A DNA stretch of 59,336 bases, the filler included, from Basidioascus undulatus (lineage: Eukaryota): the NCBI GenBank assembly GCA_000826855.1. It is 7 parts of 7 records of this genome, joined end to end, with 100 filler letters (N's around TTAATTAATTAA, not from the genome) between each part and the next. Parts side by side here need not be neighbours in the genome. Positions count along the whole stretch, not along the records: positions 1 to 8,403 come from JTLS01001395.1; positions 8,504 to 16,900 come from JTLS01001396.1; 5 more parts are not named here. The stretch is one strand, 5' to 3'. A program made the translations under genes and the position numbers. Shown one piece after another: positions 1 through 10,158 of this stretch. Every line of letters begins with the position of its first letter. Positions within the stretch are counted from its first letter, which is position 1. The notes below the pieces were generated by a model. That model saw only the letters and a program-made list of their open reading frames with translations. It was not told the origin of the DNA and searched no databases.

Positions 1-225
1 TTGTTCTACTTCGCAGCTTGATCACCTTCCCTGTTTAGTCGTCTCTCAAAAAGCTCGGGACCCCCAGTATGACCACTCTTCTCGACTCTCACACCCAATC
101 TATACCCCATCATCTTCCAGTATCTGCCACGCCCCACCCTACGCGCTCTTCTCAACGCAACACCGCCCTCCCATCCGCTCCACCTTCTCGTTCTCGCCGT
201 TTGGCAACACACAACCATTCAGATA

Positions 226-2010
226 TCACCCGATACTAGCGCTCCTCCCTCTGCGCTTCAGTTTCCGCACGATCCTGCGCAGCCTCCCCGGGGCCAGGCC
301 GTGGAGACGCTCAAAGTCGTTTTTGACCCGCACCGTCTCGGCATGGCAAATTTGCCAAAGCCGTGCTGCATGCCTTCTCTTCCAGGGCGGACATATAATA
401 TGGTGCATGAGATGCTGGAAGGTACAACTTGAACATTAGACTCTTATTTGTTTGGGACAGAATCAAAAAAGGCTGACCTTATAATCTCTCCTTTATTGGC
501 AGGTAGCACAGCTGTACACCCTCATCTCCATGAACATCCCCCATCTCGGGCGCCTCCGCCTTGCGTGGCTTCCCACAGGCTTCCGGAACCCGGCCCCGAA
601 TTGCGTCGAGGCTATCGCCTACAGGGCAGCCAGGCCGACCGCGCTGAAAGTCTTCGGCTTTCAGGGTCAAAGGTGGGCGCTGCACCGGCTGCGCCAGGGC
701 CTGTTCTTGAGGCCGATGGAGCTCGAGGAGGTCGGCACGGAGTTTTGGGATTAGGTGGGAAGGATAAGTGTCTAAGAATTGGTGATTTGAATGGCTGCAG
801 TGCAGTTGGGTGTGAAACCGTTGGCGGAATGTGGACGTGTCTCGTGAGGTACGGGATATCGGTAACAAGCGGCAGGATGCACTCGTCTTGCCCATCGTGA
901 TTGCGTGAGTTCCCTGAGTAATAACTTAAGAACGACGGACTGGTTTCCCTGCATGGCTAAGGTAAACTGCAGTTTAGAAGACGTCGGACGTCTGCTTGCG
1001 TCTGGAAAGGAAAGTTTTGTTTCTGCAGACTCTCGACAACGATAACTGCTACGTTCAACCATAACTCCGGCTTACAGCATTGTACATTGGACGTGCCCAC
1101 CCCTCCGCAGACGTAGCGTCCGCTGCCCTTTGCAAATCGTCTCCGGTCCGTATGGACAAAAGGCGGTCACCAGACACCTCGCATTCCTCCACGTCGAACG
1201 TGTACTCCTCTGGAGCGTATTGCTCGCGCCATTGGGGTAGACGCTGCATACCTTGAAAGACATCTGAGACGTCTTGAACCCGGTGCGTGTAGACGCTGAT
1301 GACCTCCCGCGGTCGGCTGACTTCTTGTAAAAAGGCGTAGCGTGTAATCAGGAACACGAAGACGTTCGCTGTTCCTACGCTGGGTGAATAGGTAAGCCAG
1401 GAGATATGTGGAATGGGAAGTGTCCGGCATGTCATCAGGAAATATTACTACCTGAGCTGGCGAAACACACCCCAGCGAAGATGAACAAACCGAAGGGCGC
1501 TGGAAGCGCTCCAACACAGAGGAGAGATCAGCTCGATCTTCTCTATCGGCATGAAGAAAGATCGGCTCACGCGTCCAACCTCCCATCAAGCCGAGACGGC
1601 AGATACAGATCGGCAGTACGACTATGCTGTACGCTGCCTCGCATGGGCGTTAAAACATTCAAGTCCACAGAGCTTGTAGGCTGCAACTCGTGCTTACCGA
1701 GAGGGTACCTGAATGAGAAAGGACGCTCCGCTTAGCGGGTATCAAGTCTACCTTGCGTAGATCGTGTCGCAGAATGGTCATACACTCACAGCAGGAGTTT
1801 GTACGCCAACCGACGGACCTGTTGACCGAACGGGCTGTGCTCTCCAGGATCCCACCCCAACTGCTGGACCGCCGGGCGTTCTCTCCACTTTCGGTCCTGG
1901 ATCCGCCTCACCAATGCCCAGTTACGGCGACCGCAATAGATCCTCCTTCCTTCTACTTCGGAAAGACCGTAAAAACGACTGGGAGTGAAGTGCGTGATTT
2001 AAACCGCATC
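226..2010 (-). CDS. Hypothetical multi-exon gene or decayed gene of unknown family
   Basis: Series of open segments on the minus strand flanked by GT..AG intron-like signals (e.g. RFYGLSEVEGRRIY...LAYKLLL|gtgagt; YAFLQEVSRPREVISVYTHRV...; LDTYPSHLIPKLRADLLEL...). No recognisable domain; boundaries approximate. Confidence 0.25.
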
Positions 2011-2240
2011 AGGCACCGCCGCCCGCCAGGATATTATACGACTCACTAGTAAATGAAACTGTACATAATCGTGGTTCCGAGCAGGACCAGGATAACCCAT
2101 ATCTGCGGAGGCTCCTCATGGCTTTAGTTGGAGTGCATCAATTACGAGTGAAAGCAGCCCTCGCATCGCACCCACAAGAAGCACAGTCTTGCTATCTGAT
2201 ATCCGCGACCAATCCAACAGTCTTGCTTCCTCCCATGAGA

Positions 2241-3257
2241 CTAAAGTTCAACGAGTGGATTATGCTCACATCCGCCGCTTATAGACCAGAAAGGGCCATG
2301 TCGCAGCCTATCCTTCATAAGCTTGCTTCCCAGCACGGGCAAGACGACTATGATGGGCCACCCAACCGCGAGAAGAAATCTCGAAATCCAGGTGGGCGGC
2401 TTCGTTGTAAACTGATGATGATATTGAGCTTGCAACATCCAACAAGGGGAAAACATTGATTCCGTGCAAGCAACCTACATAAAAGACTGAGAAGGTATGC
2501 CCTGCCACAGCCCCATTCCTGCACGATATTATCTGCCTGTGTAAAGGGCACTCTTCAGTCGTAATGCTCACCATATGGCTGACCCCAAGTCTCCAATCTG
2601 AGAAGCAACTCCTGCTGAGAACCTCTTAAGACAATCTCTTGCACCATTGGGCCGTGTGGAGTGGGCCATACCCTGAAAGTCACAGACGCGTCCGACATGC
2701 ATTCGATCGTCGGCGACCCACTTCAAGTTGGCAACGAAAGCGATGCCCTAGATAGACTACTCAGCATGAGGGAATTAATAACTTTCACGATGCTCACCTG
2801 AATGAAATCACAGAGGAACTTGGAGACGAGGTAGTTTCCGAGTGCGCTTTTGAGGAATTGCCGCAATTGGAGAGACGGTTGATTACGCCTAGGCGTGTGC
2901 GGAACGATGAACGCATGCCACTGAAGGGTTACAACAAAGATCCAGAAAATGAATGGTGTAGAGGATCTGATCGATGATAGGATACCAGCACCCACTGCTA
3001 GGTAGCCCAATGTCGAGGCAGTGAGAATGGCGGATAAGAGACCTGAGACGGCGATCATCTGCAAGCCCACAATAAACCAGCCGGCCCGTAAAAGGGACTC
3101 TTCACATCAGACCGAGGGGCTTACCGCAACGCCGGCCCGACGAGCAGGATTTCCCAGTTGTGTCTCCAAAAGCGAATGCTGGTCTCTCAGCGGGTCGTCC
3201 CCGAAGTGCATCTCATGAACGGGACTACGATCCAGTATAGATAGAGAGTCGGACATG
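2241..3257 (-). CDS. Hypothetical membrane protein (possibly pseudogene)
   Basis: ATG near 3257 (MSDSLSILDRSP...) followed by a gtaagc donor. Hydrophobic segments IAVSGLLSAILTASTLGYLAVGAGILSS and WISRFLLAVGWPIIVVLPVLG. Confidence 0.25.
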
Positions 3258-3500
3258 GAAGACGTCGATGTGAGTTCTCAAGCTCGACAAATTTGAGCTT
3301 GACGCTCCGCATCATTCCAACCATAAGCTTCGGATCCGCCGGAACTTGTTCAGCACCAGTCTCACAACACTGACGCTGATGGCGCCGAAGACATGTGATG
3401 ATGAAATTTTTTTATTTCATGTCCAAAGAGTCAAGAGAAAGTTGACTGGGAGGAAAACATTTGAGGACGCCGAGAAAAGGTGCAACAAATTCAGCTGAAT

Positions 3501-5172
3501 TCAGGCCCATTTGCCGACGACAGCCTGGAAAGGTATGCGCTCTAGTAACACTTGCTTCTTCGAAACGACGCACTGGAGGTTTACCATTGCCATAGCACCC
3601 AAGCTCAAGCTCGACAATGCTAGTACTTGCGTCTCGACCTCTTGCCGTGAATGATGTCCTCGCTCAAAAGCTCGACGAGAGCGGCGTACAACCTGTTCCA
3701 ACCGACGTATCAGTAACCCACCATATTTACATGAGACACTGATCACACATAATGCGGCCTGAAAGAGCATCGAAAACGCCTTGGACGAGGAGGGCAGTCT
3801 GGCTCTCGGAGTCGTGGGTCGAGTGGACGACCAGACCGACAACCATGCCGAGCGGCGTTGTCACACCCTGTTCCACAAATGCCCAGTATCATTTAAGAAA
3901 TTGGCAGAGGGGTACAAATAAGCCGATCTGATGCGTTAGCACAAAGCTACAGACGTATGTAAGCAAGAGGAGGGGTTTGGGACCCGCGAGGAAAGGGCAA
4001 GTCGGCGATGCGTGCACCCAGTCCAAGCCCCTTTTCCGTCGGGATGTCAATAAACGTTCGGAGACCATTCACAAGCGACTGACGCTTGGTGGAACGAGAT
4101 GGCGATCCACAGCGCCACAAATTCGTCTCCCGAAGACACGGAGAGCGCCAAGCGGACTGTAATCGCGCGTGTGAGTGCGGGTGTCCAAGGCAAGAGACTA
4201 TGATTTTCTTATTGCTGACGGAGTGAAAGACTGCCCAAGAGTGATCATGAGCATAAGCCCGGGCAGACACCACTCAACGACTCACTGATCCCAGCTTCCA
4301 AGAATGCAACTGAAGCGAACGTGCTGCTCTCACGGACCTGCACATCGATGGGCTCTCGAGAGCCTTCTACTCGTCCTACTTATTTGGGTGGAACAACGGC
4401 GCCGAAGGCCCAGCGGCGTCCTCGCTGTCGTTTTCACGGTCGGTAGGCGCCACGATGCGCAGCTGTGCGGCTCGAGGGCGTGCGAGGCGCTCCAGCAGGC
4501 CGAGGGAGACGTGGTCGATCTGTATGACGACGAGCAAGAGGTTTGGATCAACTCGGAAAGAAAATAGAAGAGACGGACCAGGAAGAGGGAAAGCGTCCCG
4601 AACATGGCGATGAGGCCGGGCCACGCGTCGTATTCCTCGTTGAAGAGTGGCGGCAAGCAGGGGTTTGAGAGCGCCTCAAACGCAGACGGAAGCATCTGAG
4701 TTGGTCGAGAGGTTAGCAAGTGTCGAAGTTGACTGTGTGGTCTCCAGACAGCGTACGTGAATGAAAGCGTTCGCTGCAGTACGGACAGCGAGCTCTCAGC
4801 TTTGTCGTTCAGGTCGGGACGGTTGGAAAGTACCCACCGAGAATGATGCCTGGGAGGGGGGAACAAATTTAGGACGAGGCGTCTCTGTGATCAATGAGAA
4901 AAACTCACCAGTTCCAAAATGCTTCAGGATAAACAGGCCCCGTTCCGGCCGCTTGACAGCCGGCCACATCGCGCTGACGGAGGGGAAGAGCGCAGCTGTG
5001 GACGTAGTCTATGAGACTTATTCTGTGGTCCTGGAAAAAGATGTGGCACTTGCCTGCGGTAGAAGCTAGAAACACGACCACGAGCGCAACCAGATGGATC
5101 CCCCAACACCCAGTCATCGTCTACGCCACCATCCCCTCCGCACGTTGGCCGCTCTGCAGGCTCAGAAAACAT
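3501..5172 (-). pseudogene. ZIP-family (Zrt/Irt-like) zinc/iron transporter, disrupted
   Basis: Spliced reconstruction gives the ZIP motifs [80 protein letters not shown] and terminal AVVGKWA*. Lesions: extra G in the run at 5100-5104, in-frame TAGs at 4376-4378 and 4367-4369, and further frameshifts. Confidence 0.85.
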
Positions 5173-5973
5173 GGCTGTACGGCTAAGCGGGTATATGGCA
5201 GAGGAAAATCTGTTATCCTTGTTCAGACAAACGAGATGGGCTGGGATAGCGAAGGGACGAGATGAGAGGAAGGCCACACCGAGCAGTCGCCAGCACCGCG
5301 CCGGGGACAGTCAACGGAACAGAACAGTCACGGTCGACGTCCCGCAGGGTACCTCAATCAGTACCCACAGCTGGAGAAGGGATCAGCTTTCTTACTGCAT
5401 TTTTACAGGACACATATCAGGCGGAGGGCTACATATTTCCGACGAGCATGCCGTGAAAACATAAAATGCGGGATGTCTGCATGCTGCAGCAACGAGTGGA
5501 ACCGTCACTCGACTTAACTTGTTGCTCTTGACGTCGCAACTTTCCAAAAAAGCCTTCGCACTTGGTAGTCCTACAGATATGCCAAAAGTACCGGAAGAAT
5601 AAGCCCAAGGACATGGAGTGAAGGAGAAGGACAAATGGACTGACGACGGTCCGGCCCGTGGAGCTTGCGATTCTGACCGCTCCGATTCCCGCTCGACTCA
5701 CTACTTCGACACTTCCCCTCACTCCATGATTTTACCCGGAATGCGCATTTTCAGGAGCATCGAAGTGCAGCTCTGCACTTCAGTCTCTCAATGCTCCCAA
5801 CCTCCTCCATCGCGCCCGGCTGTCGGCTGCCCGTTGGCTGTCGACGGCCCGAGGCGTCCGGCCGGCTCGGCGAGTTACCGTGCCGGGCCTGTTGCCCCTT
5901 CCTCATCCCAAGGCACACTCTTGCACTCAACCCCCATCTCCAGCTCTCTGTCTCTACACGATAGCAACCCGGG

Positions 5974-7600
5974 ATGTCCAACAAGCCCGAATACGGCGCT
6001 GAGCGCGGGACGCCCCTCCCCGTCGACCGCCTCACGCGGTACCTCGAGCAGGCTGTTCCCGAGCTCAAGGCGCCGATTGATGTCAAGCAGTTCAAGGTGC
6101 GTTGCTTTTCCCTGTTTCTATCCCAGATACCAGCAGCTAAACCACCATACATTTTTATCTAGTTCGGTCAAGTAGGCTTGCCACCTCCTCCCGCTCCCTT
6201 CGGGCCCGTCGCCTGAACCCCCCACCCGCAGTCAAACCCGACCTACCTCCTGCGCGACGCCTTCTCGAAGCGCTACGTGCTCCGCAAAAAGCCGCCGGGA
6301 CAGCTGCTGTCCAAGACAGCGCACGCGGTCGATAGGGAGTACCGGATCTATGCCGCGCTGAACATGTACAATGCGGGCGAGCCCGACGAGCGCTGGCACG
6401 TCCCCGTGCCGAAGGTGTACTGCTTCTGCGAGGACGAGAGCGTGGTGGGCACGCAGTTTTATGTGATGGAGGTGAGTGTCCTCACATCTAGGATGATTGC
6501 GTAAGGAAGTGTGCACTGATGATTGGGAGCACAGTTCCTCGATGGCCGGATCTTTACGGACGTGCACCTCCCCGAACTGAACCCCTCCGAACGACGTGAA
6601 GTGTTCGTCCCAACTCTCAGTCCTTCTCGTACCATCTGCACCAGTTTACCCTCTCCGCAGCTGGCGCGCCACCATTGACGTCCTCGCGCGCCTCTCGCGC
6701 GTGCCCCTCTCGCCGGACCTCACCCTCGACACCTGGGGCCCCAGCACGCCCTTCTACCCGCGCCAGCTGCGCTCGTTCAGCCGTATCGAGGCGTCCCAGG
6801 CGGAGGCGCGCGATGTGGACTCGGGGGAGGTCGTCGGGCATGTGCCGGGATGGGACGGGCACGTCAAGTGGTTTGAGGGATGGATGCTGAGCAAGGAGGA
6901 GGAGGGGCGCTGCGTCGTTCATGGTGGTGAGTCGTTCGGCCTCCTCTTTAACTTCCTACCTGCTATATACATTGTTAAGTGCATGCTGACCCATCCACCC
7001 TCCCGCAGACTACAAGCTCGACAACCTCGTGCATCCCGCTTTCCCTCCTCCCTTCCTCTTCCACTCACGCCTCCCCTTCCCACAGATGTTCCATCCCACC
7101 ACCTTCCGCATCATCGGCGTGCTGGACTGGGAGCTTAGCACGACGGGCTCCCCGCTCTCGGACCTCGCGAACCTCCTCATCTACACGCCCTTCTACACCG
7201 CGCCTTCCCCGCAGGGGCTCGCCGCCCCGCACCCGCACACCGACATCGGCGTCTCGATCGAGGATCTCGTGAAGCAGTACTGCGACCTCACGGGGCGCCC
7301 GTACCCCCTCAGGGGCCTCCAGTTCGCCATCGCGTGGAACGCGCTGAGGACTTGCGTTATCGCGCAGTGCGTCCCCCATACTCTACCTTGTCTTTCCTCT
7401 CTCTGACATCAATGCATTCCCTCTTCGCATGGAACAGGGGTATCGGCGCGCGCCACTATCGCCGGCAAGCGTCGTCCGAGCACGCGCTCGAGTACCTCGC
7501 GCGCCTGCCCGAGCTCGCGAAGCGCGTGGGTGAGGCGCAGAAGCGGCACGAGGACGACATGCGCCTGGCCGGCGCGGAAGGAGGGAAGAGCAAGCTGTGA
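5974..7600 (+). CDS. ACAD10/ACAD11 N-terminal-like aminoglycoside-phosphotransferase (APH) family kinase with C-terminal PTS1 (SKL)
   Basis: Spliced motifs [80 protein letters not shown]; ends GGKSKL*. All introns are GT-AG; 9-nt microexon at 6163-6171. Confidence 0.9.
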
Positions 7601-8144
7601 GGCGATGCGAGGGTGTGACGTGGAGAGAAGGCGGTGCCAGGCTTGATTGAAGGAGAGGACAGTGTAGCAAAGGGCTGGACTGAGCGGAGGACCTGGGGCA
7701 TGTGCTGCTTGTAGCAGTCGTGCGGAAAGGATCAGAAGGAACGAGTATGCCATATACAATTTACGTAATGTGCTTAGCGTGCATGAAACATACTGCATTG
7801 CGCCGCAGATGCAATACCTCTTCAGCCAAGCGGCGACGCACCCACCAGCTTTCCCGGGTTGCATAATCGTTCCAGCATATAGAGCATACCCGGCAAGCGC
7901 AAGCATTCGTCGAATCTCACGTAAACTGCATGCGGTGCGGCGTGGCAAATGCAACAAGAACGTCGAACATAAGCAAGTCCCCCTTTCCCTCCATCCTCAA
8001 GTGCTCCTTCGTCCCGGTTTTCTTCTCCTCTCAGCGTCGAAACATCGCAAGTCATAATCTACAACAGCCCTATTAGTCCGTCCTTCCTTCTTTCCGTCCT
8101 TCATTCCCTTCACACTTCCTCCACCTTCGCCCTCCTCCACGGGA

Positions 8145-8403
8145 TCACGACCTGGAGCTAGTCGAGCTCGCGCTGCTCCCCGAGCTGCGGGCGCCCATGC
8201 CAAGGTCCATGAGGAGTTGCGCGCACTCGAGGTCCATCTCCTTCGGCTGCTCGTCCTCGTCCTCGCCCTCGCCGTCGAACGACGCCGTGTCGTCGCTGGA
8301 CGGCAGCACCTCGATGCGCGAAGCGCGTCGAGTGCGCTTCGACGGCGGGGTTGGCGTCGCGCGACGCAGGCGCGGCGCCGCAGCCGCGACGCTCGCCACG
8401 AGC
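8145..8403 (-). CDS. 3' end of an unknown protein (partial, runs off contig)
   Basis: High-GC3 open frame ...KRTRRASRIEVLPSSDD...DLECAQLLMDLGMGARSSGSSASSTSSRS* reaching the contig end. Confidence 0.45.
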
Positions 8404-8503
8404 NNNNNNNNNNNNNNNNNNNNNNNNNNNNNNNNNNNNNNNNNNNNTTAATTAATTAANNNNNNNNNNNNNNNNNNNNNNNNNNNNNNNNNNNNNNNNN
8501 NNN
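8404..8503. other. Artificial contig linker (N44-TTAATTAATTAA-N44)
   Basis: Identical 100-bp spacer with stops in all six frames, repeated six times in the window. Confidence 0.99.
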
Positions 8504-9830
8504 TATAAGAGCACCCACTTACCCTCTACTTGCTCCCCATCTGGTCTTGCTCTCCCACTCCTGCCCTAGCCCTAGTCTTCACCCCTGCCATACCTTGCTG
8601 CATAATCTATCCCTGCCACCATAAAGCCCCGTCAGCTGGTAGCCCCCACTGTGGTCTGCCCCGCCCAGTTGAATTCTTGACAGACAGCCATATCTGAGGT
8701 GTCAACTTACCAAGGCTGGGCTGAAGACATACCATGTCTGAGGGGAAGATGGCCATGGTCTGAGGGGCAGATGGCCGTCTTGACCCCAACCCTCCTGGTA
8801 GTCCCCACTGCGGTCTGTCTTACCCAGTCAAGTCCTGACACTGCCATAGATGCAGCCTGTCTGTGGTCTACCATAAACACAGGCTGTCTAGAGGTGGTGT
8901 CCACTACTTACTATAGACACATTCTGTCTCTGGGATGTCTACAATAGACAGGGGGTGTCTGCCAGGTGTCTATGACAGACAGCTGTGATAGACAAATACT
9001 GTCTACTGGCTGTTTACCATAGACTGATACTGTCTACTGGCTGTCTACCAGCTGTCTACCAGCTGTCTACCAAAGACAGATGCTGTCTACAGGCTGTCTA
9101 CTAGGCACAACCTGTCTATGGGGTATCTACCATGGACAGGGGCTGTCTGCTGGGTGTCTATGATAGACAGGGAGTATATGGGGTTTCTATGATAGACAAA
9201 TGATGTCTACTGGTTGTCTACCAAAGACATGTCTATGATAGATAAAACCTGTCTACCAGCTGTCTTCCATGTTTATGAGTTGCCTAAAATAGAAAAATGT
9301 TGTCTGCTGGCTGTCTACAATAGAAACAGGTTGTCTATGAATGTCTATGATAGATGGATGCTGTCAACTGGCTTTCTACATTAGACCGATGCTGTCTACT
9401 TGGTGTTGCCCATGTCTGCAAGGATGTCCTGATGTCCCCCATGTCTCTTAGCATGTCCTGATGTCCTGCTGGATGTTGCACTTTCCTGCAGGATGTCTTG
9501 ATGTCCTCCATGTTCCCTGGGGTGTCCCAATGTCCTACAGGATGTCCTCTTGTCCCACAGGATGTCTCCATGTCTTGCAGGACGTACTTGTGTCCCAAGA
9601 TATGTTGGGACATCTACATGTCCTGCAGGATGTCTGCATGTCTCACAGGATGTCCTCATGTCCCTTGGGGTGCCAATGTCCCCGTGGTCCTCTGGTGGTC
9701 CATTGGGACCTCCCCACATCCTTCAGGACATCACCATGTCCCAGCTCATAAAGTGATGATTATATTCAAGAGAGTTTTCCTCAAAAAAGGAATGTTGAAT
9801 CAAGCACCTTAATCCTTCACACCCCCAAAG
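8504..9830. repeat. CpG-depleted degenerate repeat array (TGTCTA-nnn-TAGACA block, then GGATGTCC block); probable transposon remnant
   Basis: Dozens of TGTCTAC/TAGACA motifs at ~8810-9400 (including CTGTCTACCAG x3 at 9041-9072) and of GATGTCC motifs at ~9410-9745. Only about 8 CpG in 1.3 kb, next to CpG-rich genes. Confidence 0.8.
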
Positions 9831-10158
9831 TCTTTCAGTGCTTCACTGCAGCAGCTGCTTCGACAATGGCTTGGGTGACTCCCGACTTCCAGCCTCTTTT
9901 GTCTCAACTCTTGCTGGTGCAATATTCAAGGTCCCCAACATAAAATTATTGCCTCAAAGGCAAACCAACAAAGCGATTTAATTGACAAAACAGCGCTGCG
10001 CCGTGGAAAAGAAGAAAAAGGCGCCTGGATAGCCTTGTCTTGCCGCTTTGCCGATCGGGGCGAGCCGCCGACACGGTCGAAAGTCTCAGTGCCCCCTGCC
10101 TTCGCCATTCACCTCTCCTCCTCCTCGCCATCCCTTCCTCCCTCCTCCCCATCAGCCC

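Noticed and set aside
4367..4378. Two in-frame TAGs at Glu-like positions as possible stop-codon reassignment
   Set aside because: DLD2, CNT and FMP52-like genes terminate at TAG, and the ZIP gene also has frameshifts.
8448..8459. TTAATTAATTAA recurring every ~8.49 kb as a possible periodic biological motif
   Set aside because: Always centred in N44 runs; it is a synthetic six-frame-stop linker.
8810..9745. Palindromic repeats as a possible CRISPR-like array
   Set aside because: Units are short, degenerate and irregularly spaced with no unique spacers; eukaryotic context and no cas genes.
9335..9812. Overlapping ORFs in the repeat block
   Set aside because: By-products of the GATGTCC repeats; low-complexity translations with no domain.
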